Assembly (NCBI GenBank): GCA_038525225.1
Contig: JBCBHW010000002.1
Span: 488,007-552,006, forward strand
DNA from: Planctomycetota bacterium
GTDB taxonomy: Bacteria > Planctomycetota > Phycisphaerae > Phycisphaerales > UBA1924
Direction of reading: 5' to 3'
DNA length: 64,000 bases
A program made the position numbers and the translations under genes. Numbering within the stretch: position 1 is the first letter of the stretch; each line of letters opens with the position of its first letter. Of the stretch, positions 1-10,187 are shown one piece after another. Below the pieces are notes generated by a model. It searched no databases, was not told the origin of the DNA, and worked only from the letters and a program-made list of their open reading frames with translations.

Positions 1-288
1 ATTGCGATGTGGATGGCTGCGAACCTCTTTGAGGGGGGAAGCGCGACCTCGAGGCCGTTGTCAACGTGGCTCGTGCGATTCGGTCGCGGCGGCGCTGGGT
101 GGCAGGTGCTTCTGCTGGGTTTGGCGGTCGCGAGCGGCGGGATCGACCCGCGGTCGGCCGATGGCGCGGCGATGGTGTACGCGATCGCGGGCTCCGCGGT
201 CGTCGGCGAGCTGCTGCGGCCTGGTGCGTATCGCGCGATGCGGCGGTTCAGACAGGACCACGCGGGCTCGGGCGTCACTCCACGGTGA
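1..288 (+). CDS. 3' end of an upstream gene running off the window (hydrophobic, membrane-protein-like C-terminus); partial
   Basis: Frame 1 (ORF 7..288 extended to base 1) has the strong GC3 bias typical of real genes here. It has no stop until 286-288 and has hydrophobic stretches (WQVLLLGLAVASGG, VYAIAGSAVVGELL). It converges on the glmS 3' end with a 14-nt overlap. Confidence 0.3.
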   Translation: MAMWMAANLFEGGSATSRPLSTWLVRFGRGGAGWQVLLLGLAVASGGIDPRSADGAAMVYAIAGSAVVGELLRPGAYRAMRRFRQDHAGSGVTPR

Positions 289-2107
289 CTGACTTGGCGA
301 GGTTGCGGGGCTTGTCGACGTCGTGGCCGCGGGCGACGGCGGCCTCGTAGGCCATGAGTTGGAGCGGGATGACGGTGAGCAGCGGGCTGAGGGGCTCGGC
401 GATGTCGGGGACGTAGAGCACGTCTTCGGCGAGGTCGGCGATATCGGTGTCGCCCTCGGTGGCGACGGCGATGACGTGGCCGCCGCGGCTGCGGACCTCT
501 TCGATGTTGGCCAGGACCTTGCTGTACTGGGCGCCCTTGTTTGCGATGAAGACGGCGGGCATGCCTTCGGTGATAAGGGCGATCGGGCCGTGCTTCATCT
601 CGGCGGCGGGCATGCCCTCGGCGTGGATGTAGCTGATTTCCTTGAGCTTGAGGGCGCCCTCGAGCGCTGTGGGATAGTTGAAGCCCCGGCCCAGGAAGAG
701 CCAGTTCTCGCGATCGACGTACTTGTGGGTGACGCACTTGATGGTGTCGGAAGTGGCAAGGATCTGCTCGATCTTGTCGGGGACGCTTTCAAGCTCGTCG
801 AGCATGGCTCGGCACTCTTCGACAGACATGAGCCGGCGGCGGCCGAGAAAGATCGCCATCATCGTGAGCGCGGCGACCTGGCCCGTGAAGGCTTTCGTAC
901 TCGCAACGCCGATCTCGGGGCCGACGCGGAGGTAGACACCCGCGTCGGTCTCGCGGGAGATGGAGCTGCCCACGACGTTGACGATGCCCAGGGCGAGCGC
1001 GCCCTTATCCTTTGCTTCGGTAAGGGCGGCGAGCGTATCGGCGGTCTCGCCCGACTGGCTGATGGCGGCGACGACCGTGCCCTCTTCGACGATTGGGTTG
1101 CGGTAGCGGAACTCGCTGGCGTACTCGATCTCGGTCGGGACCTTGGCGAGGTTCTCGAACAGGTACTCGCCGATCATGGCCGCGTGGAGCGCGGTGCCCT
1201 GGCCGGTGAGGATGAACTTGCGGGCGCGGACGAGCTGCGAGGCGTGGCTGAGCAGACCGCCTAAGACAATCCTGCCCTCGTTCTTGTCGATGCGGCCCCG
1301 GAGGGTCATGCGGAGCGACTCGGGCTGCTCGAAGATCTCCTTGTGCATGTAGTGCGGGTGGCCGCCGAGCTCGATCTGGTCGAGGTCCATCTCCAGCTGC
1401 ATGAGCTTGGGGGTGACGGCCTCGTTGTCAATGGTGCTGGTCTGGATGCCGTCGCGGGTGAGCTTGCAGACGTTGTAGTCGTCGAGGGCGAAGGCCTGGG
1501 TGGTGTGTGCGACGATGGCGGACGCGTCGGACGCGACGACGTACTCGCCCGAGCCGACGCCGATGAGCAGGGGCGAGCCCTTGCGTGCGCAGACGAGCAC
1601 GTCGGGCTCCTTCTCGCACATGACGGCGATCGCGTAGGCGCCGGTGACTTCTTTGAGTGCGGCACGGACCGCGGCTTCGAGATCGCCCTCGTACAGCTCG
1701 CCTATGAGGACGGCGAGCACTTCGGTGTCGGTCTCGCTCTTGAAGGTGTGGCCCTTGTCTTTGAGCCAGGTGCGGAGTGCGGCGTAGTTCTCGATGATGC
1801 CGTTGTGGATGATGCAGATGCCCGTGGCGTCGTGGGTGTGCGGGTGGCAGTTGGCTTCGGTGACGCCGCCGTGGGTGGCCCAGCGGGTGTGGGCGATGCC
1901 GATGGAGGCGCGGAAGGTGTCGCCGGCGGCGTCGATCTTGGCCTCGACGTTGGCGACCCGGCCGACGGCTCGCTCGAGGATGATGCCCGCGTCGTTGAGC
2001 ACGGCGACACCGGCGGAGTCGTAGCCGCGGTACTCGAGCCGCTTGAGGCCCTCGATCAGGAGGTCGGCGGCGGGCTTGGTTCCGATGTAGGCGACGATGC
2101 CGCACAT
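275..2107 (-). CDS. glmS: glutamine--fructose-6-phosphate aminotransferase (isomerising)
   Basis: ORF 275..2356, trimmed to the conserved N-terminus MCGIVAYIG (catalytic Cys2). The cat at 2105-2107 is in frame. Length is 610 aa. Two SIS domains; ends ...KSVTVE. Confidence 0.9.
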   Translation of the reverse strand: MCGIVAYIGTKPAADLLIEGLKRLEYRGYDSAGVAVLNDAGIILERAVGRVANVEAKIDAAGDTFRASIGIAHTRWATHGGVTEANCHPHTHDATGICIIHNGIIENYAALRTWLKDKGHTFKSETDTEVLAVLIGELYEGDLEAAVRAALKEVTGAYAIAVMCEKEPDVLVCARKGSPLLIGVGSGEYVVASDASAIVAHTTQAFALDDYNVCKLTRDGIQTSTIDNEAVTPKLMQLEMDLDQIELGGHPHYMHKEIFEQPESLRMTLRGRIDKNEGRIVLGGLLSHASQLVRARKFILTGQGTALHAAMIGEYLFENLAKVPTEIEYASEFRYRNPIVEEGTVVAAISQSGETADTLAALTEAKDKGALALGIVNVVGSSISRETDAGVYLRVGPEIGVASTKAFTGQVAALTMMAIFLGRRRLMSVEECRAMLDELESVPDKIEQILATSDTIKCVTHKYVDRENWLFLGRGFNYPTALEGALKLKEISYIHAEGMPAAEMKHGPIALITEGMPAVFIANKGAQYSKVLANIEEVRSRGGHVIAVATEGDTDIADLAEDVLYVPDIAEPLSPLLTVIPLQLMAYEAAVARGHDVDKPRNLAKSVTVE

Positions 2108-2262
2108 GATCTGATCTCCATCGGGCATGAGGCCCGGAGACTGTACGAACGCCGGCGGAACGGGGCGGGTTCGGCTGCGGTGAGGTTTCGGGGCTGCTAT
2201 ATTCGTTGAGTTTGCGCCGCCGGGGGTCTTCTCGGCCGCGCAGGCTTGGAGGGTTCGGCCCG

Positions 2263-5200
2263 ATGCCCAAGCGCGACGATATCTCGACCATCCTGCTAAT
2301 CGGCTCCGGCCCGATCGTGATCGGGCAGGGCTGCGAGTTCGACTATTCGGGCACACAGGCGTGCAAGAGCCTGAAGGACGAGGGCTACAGGGTGGTGCTC
2401 GTCAACTCGAACCCGGCGACGATCATGACCGACCCGGCGTTTAGCGACCGAACGTACATCGAGCCGATCACGGCCGAGAGCGTGCGGAAGATCATCGAGC
2501 TTGAACGTGACCGGGGCACACCGATCGACGCGGTGCTGCCGACGTTGGGCGGGCAGACGGGACTCAACGTCGCGTGCGAGCTCTTTGATTCTGGTGCGCT
2601 CGATGAGCTTGGTGTCGAGATGATCGGCGCGAACCGCGCTGTGATTCACCGGGCCGAGGACCGGGCGGAGTTTCAAAAGGTGTGCGACGGGGCGGGGCTG
2701 CCGACGCCGCCGTCCGCGACGTGCGGCTCGCTTGAAGAGGCGGTGGCGGCTGTCGAGGATTTTGGATTGCCTGCGATCATCCGGCCCGCGTTCACGCTTG
2801 GGGGGTTCGGCGGCGGCATCGCGTACAACGCCGAGGAGTTCCGCGACCTGGTGCAGCGTGGGCTCGACGCCTCGATGATTACGCAGGTGCAGGTCGACAA
2901 GTCGCTGATCGGCTGGAAGGAGTACGAGCTCGAGGTCGTGCGCGACAGGCACGACAACTGCGTGATCGTGTGCGGCATCGAGAACATCGACGCGATGGGT
3001 GTGCACACGGGCGACTCGATCACGGTGGCACCCTGCCTGACACTGACGGACAAGGAGTACCAGGCGCTGCGCGACGCGGCGCTCACGGTCATGCGCGAAG
3101 TCGGCGTGGAAACAGGCGGGTCGAACGTGCAGTTTGCGGTGAACCCGAACCCGCCTGAGGGCAAGCACTTCGATTACGTCGTGGTCGAGATGAACCCGCG
3201 GGTATCACGCAGCTCGGCGCTTGCTTCAAAGGCAACGGGCTTTCCGATCGCCAAGATCGCGGCGAAGCTCGCGATCGGCTACACGCTGGACGAGTTGCGG
3301 AACGACATCACGGGGACGACGAGCGCTTGCTTCGAGCCGAGCATTGACTATGTGGTCACGAAGATCCCGCGGTGGACGTTCGAGAAGTTCCCCGAGGCGG
3401 ACGAGACGCTGACGACGCAGATGAAGTCGGTCGGCGAGGTGATGGCGATCGGGCGGACGTTCAAGGAGAGCTTCCAGAAGGCGCTGCGGTCGCTGGATGT
3501 GAAGCGGTTCGGGCTCGGGCTGGACAGGAACGACAAGTGGCTGGCGGCCGAGCGGAGCGATGATGGCAGGACGGCCGACGGGCAGCCGATCGAGTGGCCG
3601 ATCGCCGAGGACAAGCTGACGCGGAAGCTGGCGGTGCCGAGCCAGGGGCGGGTGTATTACATCAGATATGCGCTCAAAATGGGCTGGAGCATCGAGCGTG
3701 TGTGCGAGCTGACGCGGATCGATCCGTTCTTTGTTGATCAGCTTGCACAGCTTGTTGAGTTCGAGGATGAGCTGGCGTCAGCGGGGTCGCTCGATGCGCT
3801 CTCCCCCGAGGTGCTCGCCGAGGCGAAGCGGCTCGGGTACAGCGATGCGCAGCTGGCGAACCTGTATCTTGGATCGATCAGCAGCGAGACGATTCTGAAG
3901 GTGCGGCGGCATCGTGAGTCGCTGGGCATCAAGCCGGTGTTCAAGCTGGTGGACACGTGCGCGGCCGAGTTTGAGGCGGTCACTCCCTACTACTACTCGA
4001 CATACGAGTTCCCGGTGGCAGGCGCGAGCGAGTCGGAGATCCGCGTCTCGGACAAGGAGAAAGCGATCATCCTTGGCGGCGGGCCGAACCGGGTCGGGCA
4101 GGGCTGCGAGTTCGACTACTGCTGCGTGCACGCGGCGTTTGCGGCGCGCGAGCTTGGCTTCGAATCGGTGATGATCAACTGCAACCCGGAGACGGTGAGC
4201 ACGGACTATGACACGTCGGACCTGTTGTTCTTTGAGCCGTTGACGCTTGAGGATGTGTTGAACGTTGTCGAGACCCTGAACGGTCCGGTGACGCTCGCGG
4301 ACATTCGCGGGGAGGGGTTCGTCAAGGGTGTGATCGTACAGTTTGGCGGGCAGACGCCGCTGAATCTTGCGGGCGGGTTGGATCTAGCGGGTGTGCCGTT
4401 GATCGGGACGAGCTTGGATTCGATCGATTTGGCCGAGGACCGCGAGCGGTTTGATGACATGCTTGAGGAGCTCGATCTCAAGCGGCCGGCGTCGGGGATC
4501 GCACGATCGCTTTACGAGGCGGTGCGCGAGGCGAAGCGAATCGGGTACCCGGTCTTGGTGCGGCCGAGCTATGTGCTGGGTGGGCGGGGGATGGAGATCT
4601 GCTACGACGAAACCGCTCTAACGAAATACATGACGACGGCCGTGGATGTTTCAGGGCTTGATGATGCGCCGGTGCTGATCGATCAGTTTCTTGCGAGCGC
4701 GACGGAGATGGATGTCGATGTTGTTGCCGACTTTGATCCGAGTTCGGGGAACTCGGCCACCGGGCAGGCGCTTGTGTGCGGCGTGATGGAGCACATCGAG
4801 CAGGCTGGCGTGCACTCGGGTGATAGCTCGTGCACGATTCCGCCGAGATCGTTGCCGATGCCGCTGATAGAGCAGGTGCGTGCGACGGCGCGGCGGATGG
4901 CCGAGAAGCTGAGGGTCCGCGGGCTGATGAATGCGCAGCTGGCGATCAAGGACGGGCAGGTGTACACCATCGAGGTGAACCCAAGGGCGTCGAGAACAGT
5001 TCCGTTTGTTGGGAAGTCGAAGCACGTGCCGTGGGCCTCGGTGGCGGCGAAGGTGATGCTCGGGAAATCGCTTGACGAGCTCGGCGCGAAGGAAGTGCCG
5101 GACACGGGTGCGTTCGCGGTGAAGGAGTCGGTGTTCCCGTTCAGCCGGTTCCCGGGTGTGGACGTTGTGCTCGGTCCAGAGATGCGGTCGACGGGCGAGG

Positions 5201-5718
5201 TGATGGGGATGGACGTGTCGCTGCCGATCGCGGTGCTGAAGGCATCGATGGCGGCGGGGATGACGCTGCCGAGCGAGGGCGGTGTGTTCGTGAGCGTGCG
5301 CGAGCAGGACAAGGACGAGGTGGTGCCGATCGCGCGGTCGCTGCGTGCGATGGGGTTTGAGATCTACACCACGCGCGGGACGGCCGAGAAGATGGCCGAG
5401 CACGGCATGAAGCCGACGGTCCTCGAGAAGCTCTCGGCGGGCGCTCGGCCCAACGTGCTCGACATGATGGCCGACGGTGATATACAGCTCGTCATCAACA
5501 CGCCGACCAAGACCGGCTTCGGCACCGACGAGGGCCGGATCAGGGCGGCGACGGTTCGGCTGAACATCCCGATTATCACAACAATGACCGGGGCGAAGGC
5601 GGCGGTCGACGCGATCGAGGCTCTGCGTGCCGGCGAATGGGGCGTGGCGTCGCTGCAGGACCACGCCCAGAAGGCGGCGGAGCGAGCGGGAGCGAAAGCG
5701 GCCGGGGCGGTCCCCTAA
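2263..5718 (+). CDS. carB: carbamoyl-phosphate synthase large subunit
   Basis: ORF 2206..5718, trimmed to the conserved [30 protein letters not shown] start (ATG at 2263). Duplicated ATP-grasp halves and a C-terminal MGS-like domain. 1151 aa with a lineage-specific insertion near residue 430. Confidence 0.9.
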   Translation: MPKRDDISTILLIGSGPIVIGQGCEFDYSGTQACKSLKDEGYRVVLVNSNPATIMTDPAFSDRTYIEPITAESVRKIIELERDRGTPIDAVLPTLGGQTGLNVACELFDSGALDELGVEMIGANRAVIHRAEDRAEFQKVCDGAGLPTPPSATCGSLEEAVAAVEDFGLPAIIRPAFTLGGFGGGIAYNAEEFRDLVQRGLDASMITQVQVDKSLIGWKEYELEVVRDRHDNCVIVCGIENIDAMGVHTGDSITVAPCLTLTDKEYQALRDAALTVMREVGVETGGSNVQFAVNPNPPEGKHFDYVVVEMNPRVSRSSALASKATGFPIAKIAAKLAIGYTLDELRNDITGTTSACFEPSIDYVVTKIPRWTFEKFPEADETLTTQMKSVGEVMAIGRTFKESFQKALRSLDVKRFGLGLDRNDKWLAAERSDDGRTADGQPIEWPIAEDKLTRKLAVPSQGRVYYIRYALKMGWSIERVCELTRIDPFFVDQLAQLVEFEDELASAGSLDALSPEVLAEAKRLGYSDAQLANLYLGSISSETILKVRRHRESLGIKPVFKLVDTCAAEFEAVTPYYYSTYEFPVAGASESEIRVSDKEKAIILGGGPNRVGQGCEFDYCCVHAAFAARELGFESVMINCNPETVSTDYDTSDLLFFEPLTLEDVLNVVETLNGPVTLADIRGEGFVKGVIVQFGGQTPLNLAGGLDLAGVPLIGTSLDSIDLAEDRERFDDMLEELDLKRPASGIARSLYEAVREAKRIGYPVLVRPSYVLGGRGMEICYDETALTKYMTTAVDVSGLDDAPVLIDQFLASATEMDVDVVADFDPSSGNSATGQALVCGVMEHIEQAGVHSGDSSCTIPPRSLPMPLIEQVRATARRMAEKLRVRGLMNAQLAIKDGQVYTIEVNPRASRTVPFVGKSKHVPWASVAAKVMLGKSLDELGAKEVPDTGAFAVKESVFPFSRFPGVDVVLGPEMRSTGEVMGMDVSLPIAVLKASMAAGMTLPSEGGVFVSVREQDKDEVVPIARSLRAMGFEIYTTRGTAEKMAEHGMKPTVLEKLSAGARPNVLDMMADGDIQLVINTPTKTGFGTDEGRIRAATVRLNIPIITTMTGAKAAVDAIEALRAGEWGVASLQDHAQKAAERAGAKAAGAVP

Positions 5719-5740
5719 CGAAGCGTCGGGAGGTGATCTG

Positions 5741-5839
5741 ATGGCGACGGCTCTGGTGATTCTCGGGTCGATGTTCGCGATGGTGGCCGTGTTCTACGCC
5801 GCGGCCTGGTTCGTGAGGCTCTGCCGGGGCGAGAACTGA
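5741..5839 (+). CDS. small hydrophobic peptide (32 aa, single TM helix), hypothetical
   Basis: Internal ATG of ORF 5627..5839. GGGAGG lies 7 nt upstream, immediately after the carB stop. Sequence is MATALVILGSMFAMVAVFYAAAWFVRLCRGEN. Confidence 0.3.
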   Translation: MATALVILGSMFAMVAVFYAAAWFVRLCRGEN

Positions 5840-5851
5840 GGAGACGCGGTG

Positions 5852-6208
5852 ATGGACTGGTGGGTTTGGCTGGTCATCGTGCTCGGGTGCATCGCGTTGA
5901 TCTCTGCGCTCGTTCAGGTGACCGAGAAGGTCGCGGCGGTCACGCGCGACGTGAGTGACGACGGCAACGACATGGCGCCCGGCTGGATGCTGCGGTGCAC
6001 GAGGTGCCAGTCGTGGCGGCCCGCGGCTGAGGCGGGTGTCGTTCGACTCGGCGCCGCGAGCAAGGGCAAGCGAACGATCTCGCGGTGCTCGGCGTGCGGG
6101 AAGCTGACCTGGGTTGCGATCGAACGCGGGCCGGGCGAGAGCGGGAAGCGGCGGATCGATGACCGGACGAACGAGTCGATCTGGCCCGAGACGCTGGCCA
6201 GTGTCTAG
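5852..6208 (+). CDS. membrane-anchored zinc-ribbon protein, hypothetical
   Basis: ORF 5849..6208 begins GTG-ATG; GAGGAG lies 8 nt before the ATG at 5852. It has an N-terminal TM helix followed by CTRC...CSAC (two CxxC pairs). Confidence 0.4.
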   Translation: MDWWVWLVIVLGCIALISALVQVTEKVAAVTRDVSDDGNDMAPGWMLRCTRCQSWRPAAEAGVVRLGAASKGKRTISRCSACGKLTWVAIERGPGESGKRRIDDRTNESIWPETLASV

Positions 6209-7171
6209 CTACTGGAGTTGCGCAGCGGTGAAGGTCTTGCCGACGCCTTCGCGGTCCCAGAGATGCGACGGCCCGCGTTTGGTCTCGTAGAACTCCCAGA
6301 GTTCGAACCAGTAGCTCTTGAACTTGAATCTGCCAAAGGGCTCGTAGTGGGCCTCGAGCTTCTTGGTGATCTGCCGGTCGGTGCCGGTCATGCCGAGGAC
6401 GGCCTTGCCGTGGCGGACGGTCTCGGTGTCGATGGCGAGGCGGGAGTATCGGCCCAGCAGTTGCATGATGTTGCCGGCGGCGTAGGGTCCGATGCCGGGG
6501 AGCGAGACAAGGAACTTGAAGACGTCGTCGTCTGGCGTCGCTGGCGATTCGAGCCAGGGTTCGTCGATCTGGCCTTTGGCGAAGAGCTTGGCGAGGTCGA
6601 TCATGCGTTGGTCGCGGTAGCCCACGCGGCAGCGGCCTCGCAGTGTGCCGGGGCGCGTTCGCGCGGTTTTTTGTGCCGTGGGGAACGCGCCGCCCACGCC
6701 GACGTGCCGGCAGAGCTGGGCGTTCATGTTGACGGTGCTTGGCCAGGCGACGTTGCAGCTGGTGACGGTTTTGATGACGTCTTCGAAGAGCGTGGGCGAG
6801 CGGAAGAGGCGGGCTCGGCCGGGCTTTCGCCAGCGTTTGTCGGCCTTGTGGAAGGCCTTGGAGTGCGACTCGTCTTCGTTGAGCCGGAGCATGCGGCTGA
6901 TCTGCTGTCTCGCATTGTATCGTTCGGCGGGGACGAGCGTTCGGTTGAAGCGGATGCTGAGCTTGTTCGTCGGTTGCGCGATGACGCATGTCGCTGGACC
7001 ATCGGCCAGATGGAGTACGCGTGTGAGGGTCTGATCGGCGACGGACCAGTGGTTGGGGGCGAGGATGAAGTAGCCGTAGGAGCAGACATCGCGCGCGAGA
7101 TCGAAATCTGCGGGCGGCGTGATGGTCAGGCGTGTGCCAGCGGGCTTGCGGGTTGCCTGTCGGGCAGGCAT
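6209..7171 (-). CDS. HhH-GPD superfamily DNA glycosylase (AlkA/EndoIII-like base-excision enzyme)
   Basis: Only the C-terminal 320 aa of spurious ORF 6209..9319 is real. It has the helix-hairpin-helix motif LPGIGPYAAGNIMQLL followed by the catalytic-Asp region LAIDTETVRH. The start ATG (7171..7169) overlaps the upstream stop as TGATG. Confidence 0.65.
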   Translation of the reverse strand: MPARQATRKPAGTRLTITPPADFDLARDVCSYGYFILAPNHWSVADQTLTRVLHLADGPATCVIAQPTNKLSIRFNRTLVPAERYNARQQISRMLRLNEDESHSKAFHKADKRWRKPGRARLFRSPTLFEDVIKTVTSCNVAWPSTVNMNAQLCRHVGVGGAFPTAQKTARTRPGTLRGRCRVGYRDQRMIDLAKLFAKGQIDEPWLESPATPDDDVFKFLVSLPGIGPYAAGNIMQLLGRYSRLAIDTETVRHGKAVLGMTGTDRQITKKLEAHYEPFGRFKFKSYWFELWEFYETKRGPSHLWDREGVGKTFTAAQLQ

Positions 7172-7911
7172 CAGGCCGAGGACAGCGCGTGGAAGGGGAA
7201 GAGATAGGTCGCCATGTTGACGCAGAGGCGATCGGCGACCTGGGCGAAGCGGCTGTAGTGGGCTTCGATCTGTGCGTCGAGCGCTGCGCGGTCGATGCCG
7301 GCGTCGGCCATGACGTCGGCTTCGGAATCGGCGAAGAGGTTGATGGCTTCGAGGTCGGCCTCGAGATGGAACTGGACGCCGAGGGTGCGGTGGCCGACCT
7401 TCATGATCTGGTTCTTTGTGGAGGCGCTGCCCCCGAGCACGGCGGTGGCCGGCGGGTTCTCGGCGACGAAGTCTCGGTGCGACTGGAACTGCATGGTGTC
7501 CCAGGGCATGCCGCCGAGGATGGCCTCGGTCTGGCCCGGCACGCCCAGGCTGACCTTGCCGAAGCCCCACTCGGGGGTCTCGCCGCGCTCGACCGTGCCC
7601 CCGAGGGCGCGGGCGATGAGCTGGTGGCCCAGGCAGATGCCGACGATGGGGAGATCTCGCTCGTAGGCCTCTTTCAGGATCTCGATCTCGGCGTCCATCC
7701 AGGCGGGTGTGTCGGCTGGGGAGGCGGCGGCGGACTGGGGGCCGCCGAGCGAGATAACGGCCTGGTGGTCGTCGAGGTTGGGAGGCAGGGCGTCGGGCTG
7801 GTCGGGCTTGGCGACCTTGCGAATATCGAGCTTGAAGCCGTGGTCCCGCAGGCAGGCGCCGAGGCGGACGGGACCGACGACACCGTGCTGAACAACGAGG
7901 ATCTGTGCCAT
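7171..7911 (-). CDS. class I glutamine amidotransferase (GATase1, GuaA-N-like)
   Basis: 246 aa. Catalytic Cys-His context PIVGICLGHQLIA. Its stop overlaps the downstream glycosylase start by one base. Confidence 0.7.
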   Translation of the reverse strand: MAQILVVQHGVVGPVRLGACLRDHGFKLDIRKVAKPDQPDALPPNLDDHQAVISLGGPQSAAASPADTPAWMDAEIEILKEAYERDLPIVGICLGHQLIARALGGTVERGETPEWGFGKVSLGVPGQTEAILGGMPWDTMQFQSHRDFVAENPPATAVLGGSASTKNQIMKVGHRTLGVQFHLEADLEAINLFADSEADVMADAGIDRAALDAQIEAHYSRFAQVADRLCVNMATYLFPFHALSSA

Positions 7912-8011
7912 GAGCCGATGATAGCCGCGGCCTGGCGGATCGAAACCGGTACGATCGTGCGTCGAACCGGCCGACTCTGGCCCGTGACACTGTGGAAAGG
8001 ACGCCCGGACG

Positions 8012-9481
8012 ATGATGCAGCGATTGGCTTTGTGTGTGACTCTGTTGGTTGTTGCCGTTCAGACGATGGGGCAGGACGCCTCGTCGGATCGGCAGAGCGT
8101 GGTGAAGATCTTCTCGACGGTGCGGGCGCCGAACCTCTTCCAGCCCTGGACGCGCCCTGCCGCGAGCGAGGCGAGCGGGTCGGGCGTGATCATCGAGGGC
8201 AACCGGATCCTGACCAACGCGCACGTGGTCAACTATGCGCGTCGGATCCTGGTGCAGCCCAACCAGTCGAGCGACAAGTACGAGGCCAGGATCGTCGCAA
8301 TCGCGCGGGGGATCGACCTCGCGCTGCTCGAACTCGAAGATGAGAGCTTCTTTGACGAGTACCCGCCGGCGACGCTGTCGAGCGAGCTGCCGGGTATCGG
8401 CGGCACGGTCACGGCGCTGGGCTACCCGCTGGGCGGCGAGGCGCTCTCGATCACCGAGGGCATCGTGAGCCGGATCGAGCACACGGGCTACAAGGGCAAC
8501 ACGCTGGGACTTCGGATTCAGGTGGATGTTGCGCTGAACCCGGGGAACTCGGGCGGGCCTGTGTTCATGGACGGCGATGTGATCGGGCTTGTGTTCAGTG
8601 GGATCCCTTCGGCAGAGAACATCGGGTATGTCATCCCGACCGATGAGGTTCGCATGTTTCTCGATGATGTCGAGGACGGGACGTACGACGGCAACCCGCG
8701 ATTCTTTGGTCGCTTGCAGACCGCTGAGAACGACGCGGTGCGCGAACGGCTCGGGCTGTCTCGCGATCAGACGGGGTTGATCGTGACGGACCCGGGCGAG
8801 GACAGCGTGCTTGAGCCATGGGATGTCATCGATGCGATCGGGCCGAACGATATTGACAATCGTGGCATGGCGGATGTGCCGGGTGATGCGGATCTGCGGC
8901 TGAACTTCAGCTACTTCATCCCGAAGCTCGCGGAAAGCTCGGATGGTGGCACGACGGTTCCGATGACTGTGATCCGCGGCGGCGAGCCGGTCGAGGTTAA
9001 TGTCGCGGTCATGCCGGATCGCGAGCTGCTGATCGCGCCGCTGGACGGCGACTACCCGTCGTATCTGATCTATGGGCCGATGGTGTTCATGCCGGCGTAT
9101 CAGGAGCTGATGCAGCAGGCGTCGCGGGCGGCGCTCGTTTTGGCATCGAGTGACAGCCCGTTGATCGAGCGGATGACAGACGTCGTCGACGAACCCGGCG
9201 AGCAGCTCGTGATTGTGCCCGCGCCGTTCTTCCCACATCGGCTGACCAAGGGGTATGAGATTGGCTTGGTGCCGGTGCTCAAGTCCGTCAACGGTGAGAA
9301 GGTGAAGAACCTCAAGCACCTTGCGGAGCTGCTGGACACGATCGAGGACGAGTTCACCGAGTTCGAGTTTGCGGGCAGCAGCAACGAGACGATCGTGTTT
9401 CGGACCGACGAGCTCAGAGACGCGACCGAAGATGTACTTGATGATGGGGGTATCCGGAGCGACCGGTCGGACGATCTCTAG
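8012..9481 (+). CDS. secreted Do/DegP (HtrA) family trypsin-like serine protease with PDZ-like C-terminal region
   Basis: Signal peptide MMQRLALCVTLLVVAVQTMG. Catalytic triad contexts are TNAHVV (His), DLALLEL (Asp) and GNSGGPVF (Ser). Two PDZ-like segments follow. Confidence 0.8.
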   Translation: MMQRLALCVTLLVVAVQTMGQDASSDRQSVVKIFSTVRAPNLFQPWTRPAASEASGSGVIIEGNRILTNAHVVNYARRILVQPNQSSDKYEARIVAIARGIDLALLELEDESFFDEYPPATLSSELPGIGGTVTALGYPLGGEALSITEGIVSRIEHTGYKGNTLGLRIQVDVALNPGNSGGPVFMDGDVIGLVFSGIPSAENIGYVIPTDEVRMFLDDVEDGTYDGNPRFFGRLQTAENDAVRERLGLSRDQTGLIVTDPGEDSVLEPWDVIDAIGPNDIDNRGMADVPGDADLRLNFSYFIPKLAESSDGGTTVPMTVIRGGEPVEVNVAVMPDRELLIAPLDGDYPSYLIYGPMVFMPAYQELMQQASRAALVLASSDSPLIERMTDVVDEPGEQLVIVPAPFFPHRLTKGYEIGLVPVLKSVNGEKVKNLKHLAELLDTIEDEFTEFEFAGSSNETIVFRTDELRDATEDVLDDGGIRSDRSDDL

Positions 9482-9484
9482 TCG

Positions 9485-10177
9485 TTAGCGGCGCGGCGGA
9501 AGCGTGAAGATGCCGATGGTCGCGTCGTGGCCTCGCAGATAGTCGTGGCGGACCGTGTAGGCGCTGCTGAGCGACGCGGCGAAGGCTGCGACGGCGTGCG
9601 TGTCGAAGCGGTGCGCCGGGCCGGTGTCGTCGGCAGGGGCGTTCGGCATCAGGCTGCTGAGGAAGTTAAAGACAACCGCGCCGGCAGGCTGGTTGCGAAT
9701 CGCGTCGAATGCGCGTTCGACAACGGCAAGCGCGGCGGGCTGCTCGAAGGTGTTCAGCGAGCCAGAGAACAGAAACACCTCGGCCGAGTGCGAGCGGACG
9801 AGAGACAGAAACAGGTCGTCGTCGCCCGCGAAGTCTGCCTCGATGATCTCGGCATCGTCCCGGCCGCTCGTGCGCGTAGTGCTGGCATTGACCAGCTCGG
9901 GGATCGCTTCGACGCCGATGTAGCGGCCGAAGGGGACGCGGTGCTCGTCGAGCCAGGCGAGCATGTCGGCTCTGCCGCAGCCGAGGTCGGCGATGACGCG
10001 GTTCTTGAGTGCGTTCGCAGTCGTCTTGGAGTCGAACGGTGTGAGGCCCGCGGCGGCGGTTTCGATGAGCACGCGGAAGCGGACCTGCTGGAAGTCGCGG
10101 CTGCGCCAGAGCAGGGCCTCGAACCCCGGGCCCATCTCGTCGACGGCGCGCCGGTATGGCTCGAGGTAGTCGGTCAT
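9485..10177 (-). CDS. class I SAM-dependent methyltransferase
   Basis: ORF 9485..10216, trimmed to MTDYLEPY to avoid a 29-nt overlap with the upstream gene. Motif I is VIADLGCGRADM. Confidence 0.65.
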   Translation of the reverse strand: MTDYLEPYRRAVDEMGPGFEALLWRSRDFQQVRFRVLIETAAAGLTPFDSKTTANALKNRVIADLGCGRADMLAWLDEHRVPFGRYIGVEAIPELVNASTTRTSGRDDAEIIEADFAGDDDLFLSLVRSHSAEVFLFSGSLNTFEQPAALAVVERAFDAIRNQPAGAVVFNFLSSLMPNAPADDTGPAHRFDTHAVAAFAASLSSAYTVRHDYLRGHDATIGIFTLPPRR

Positions 10178-10187
10178 CGGGAGATCA

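Noticed and set aside
2108-2262. Divergent glmS/carB promoter region with a tatatt string
   Set aside because: It is too weak and lacks a matching -35 element for me to call a promoter from sequence alone.
323-2291. Long ORFs 323..1264 (+), 1343..2209 (+) and 1428..2291 (-) inside glmS
   Set aside because: They are alternative or antisense frames of a strongly conserved gene. Their compositions are Gly/Asp/Val-rich or Arg/Pro-rich nonsense.
6209-9319. 1036-aa minus-strand ORF
   Set aside because: Only the last 320 aa (6209..7171) show protein-like conservation (HhH-GPD). The remainder is Arg/Pro/His-rich translation antisense to the serine protease gene and overlaps the real GATase gene. 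It is a typical high-GC artefact.
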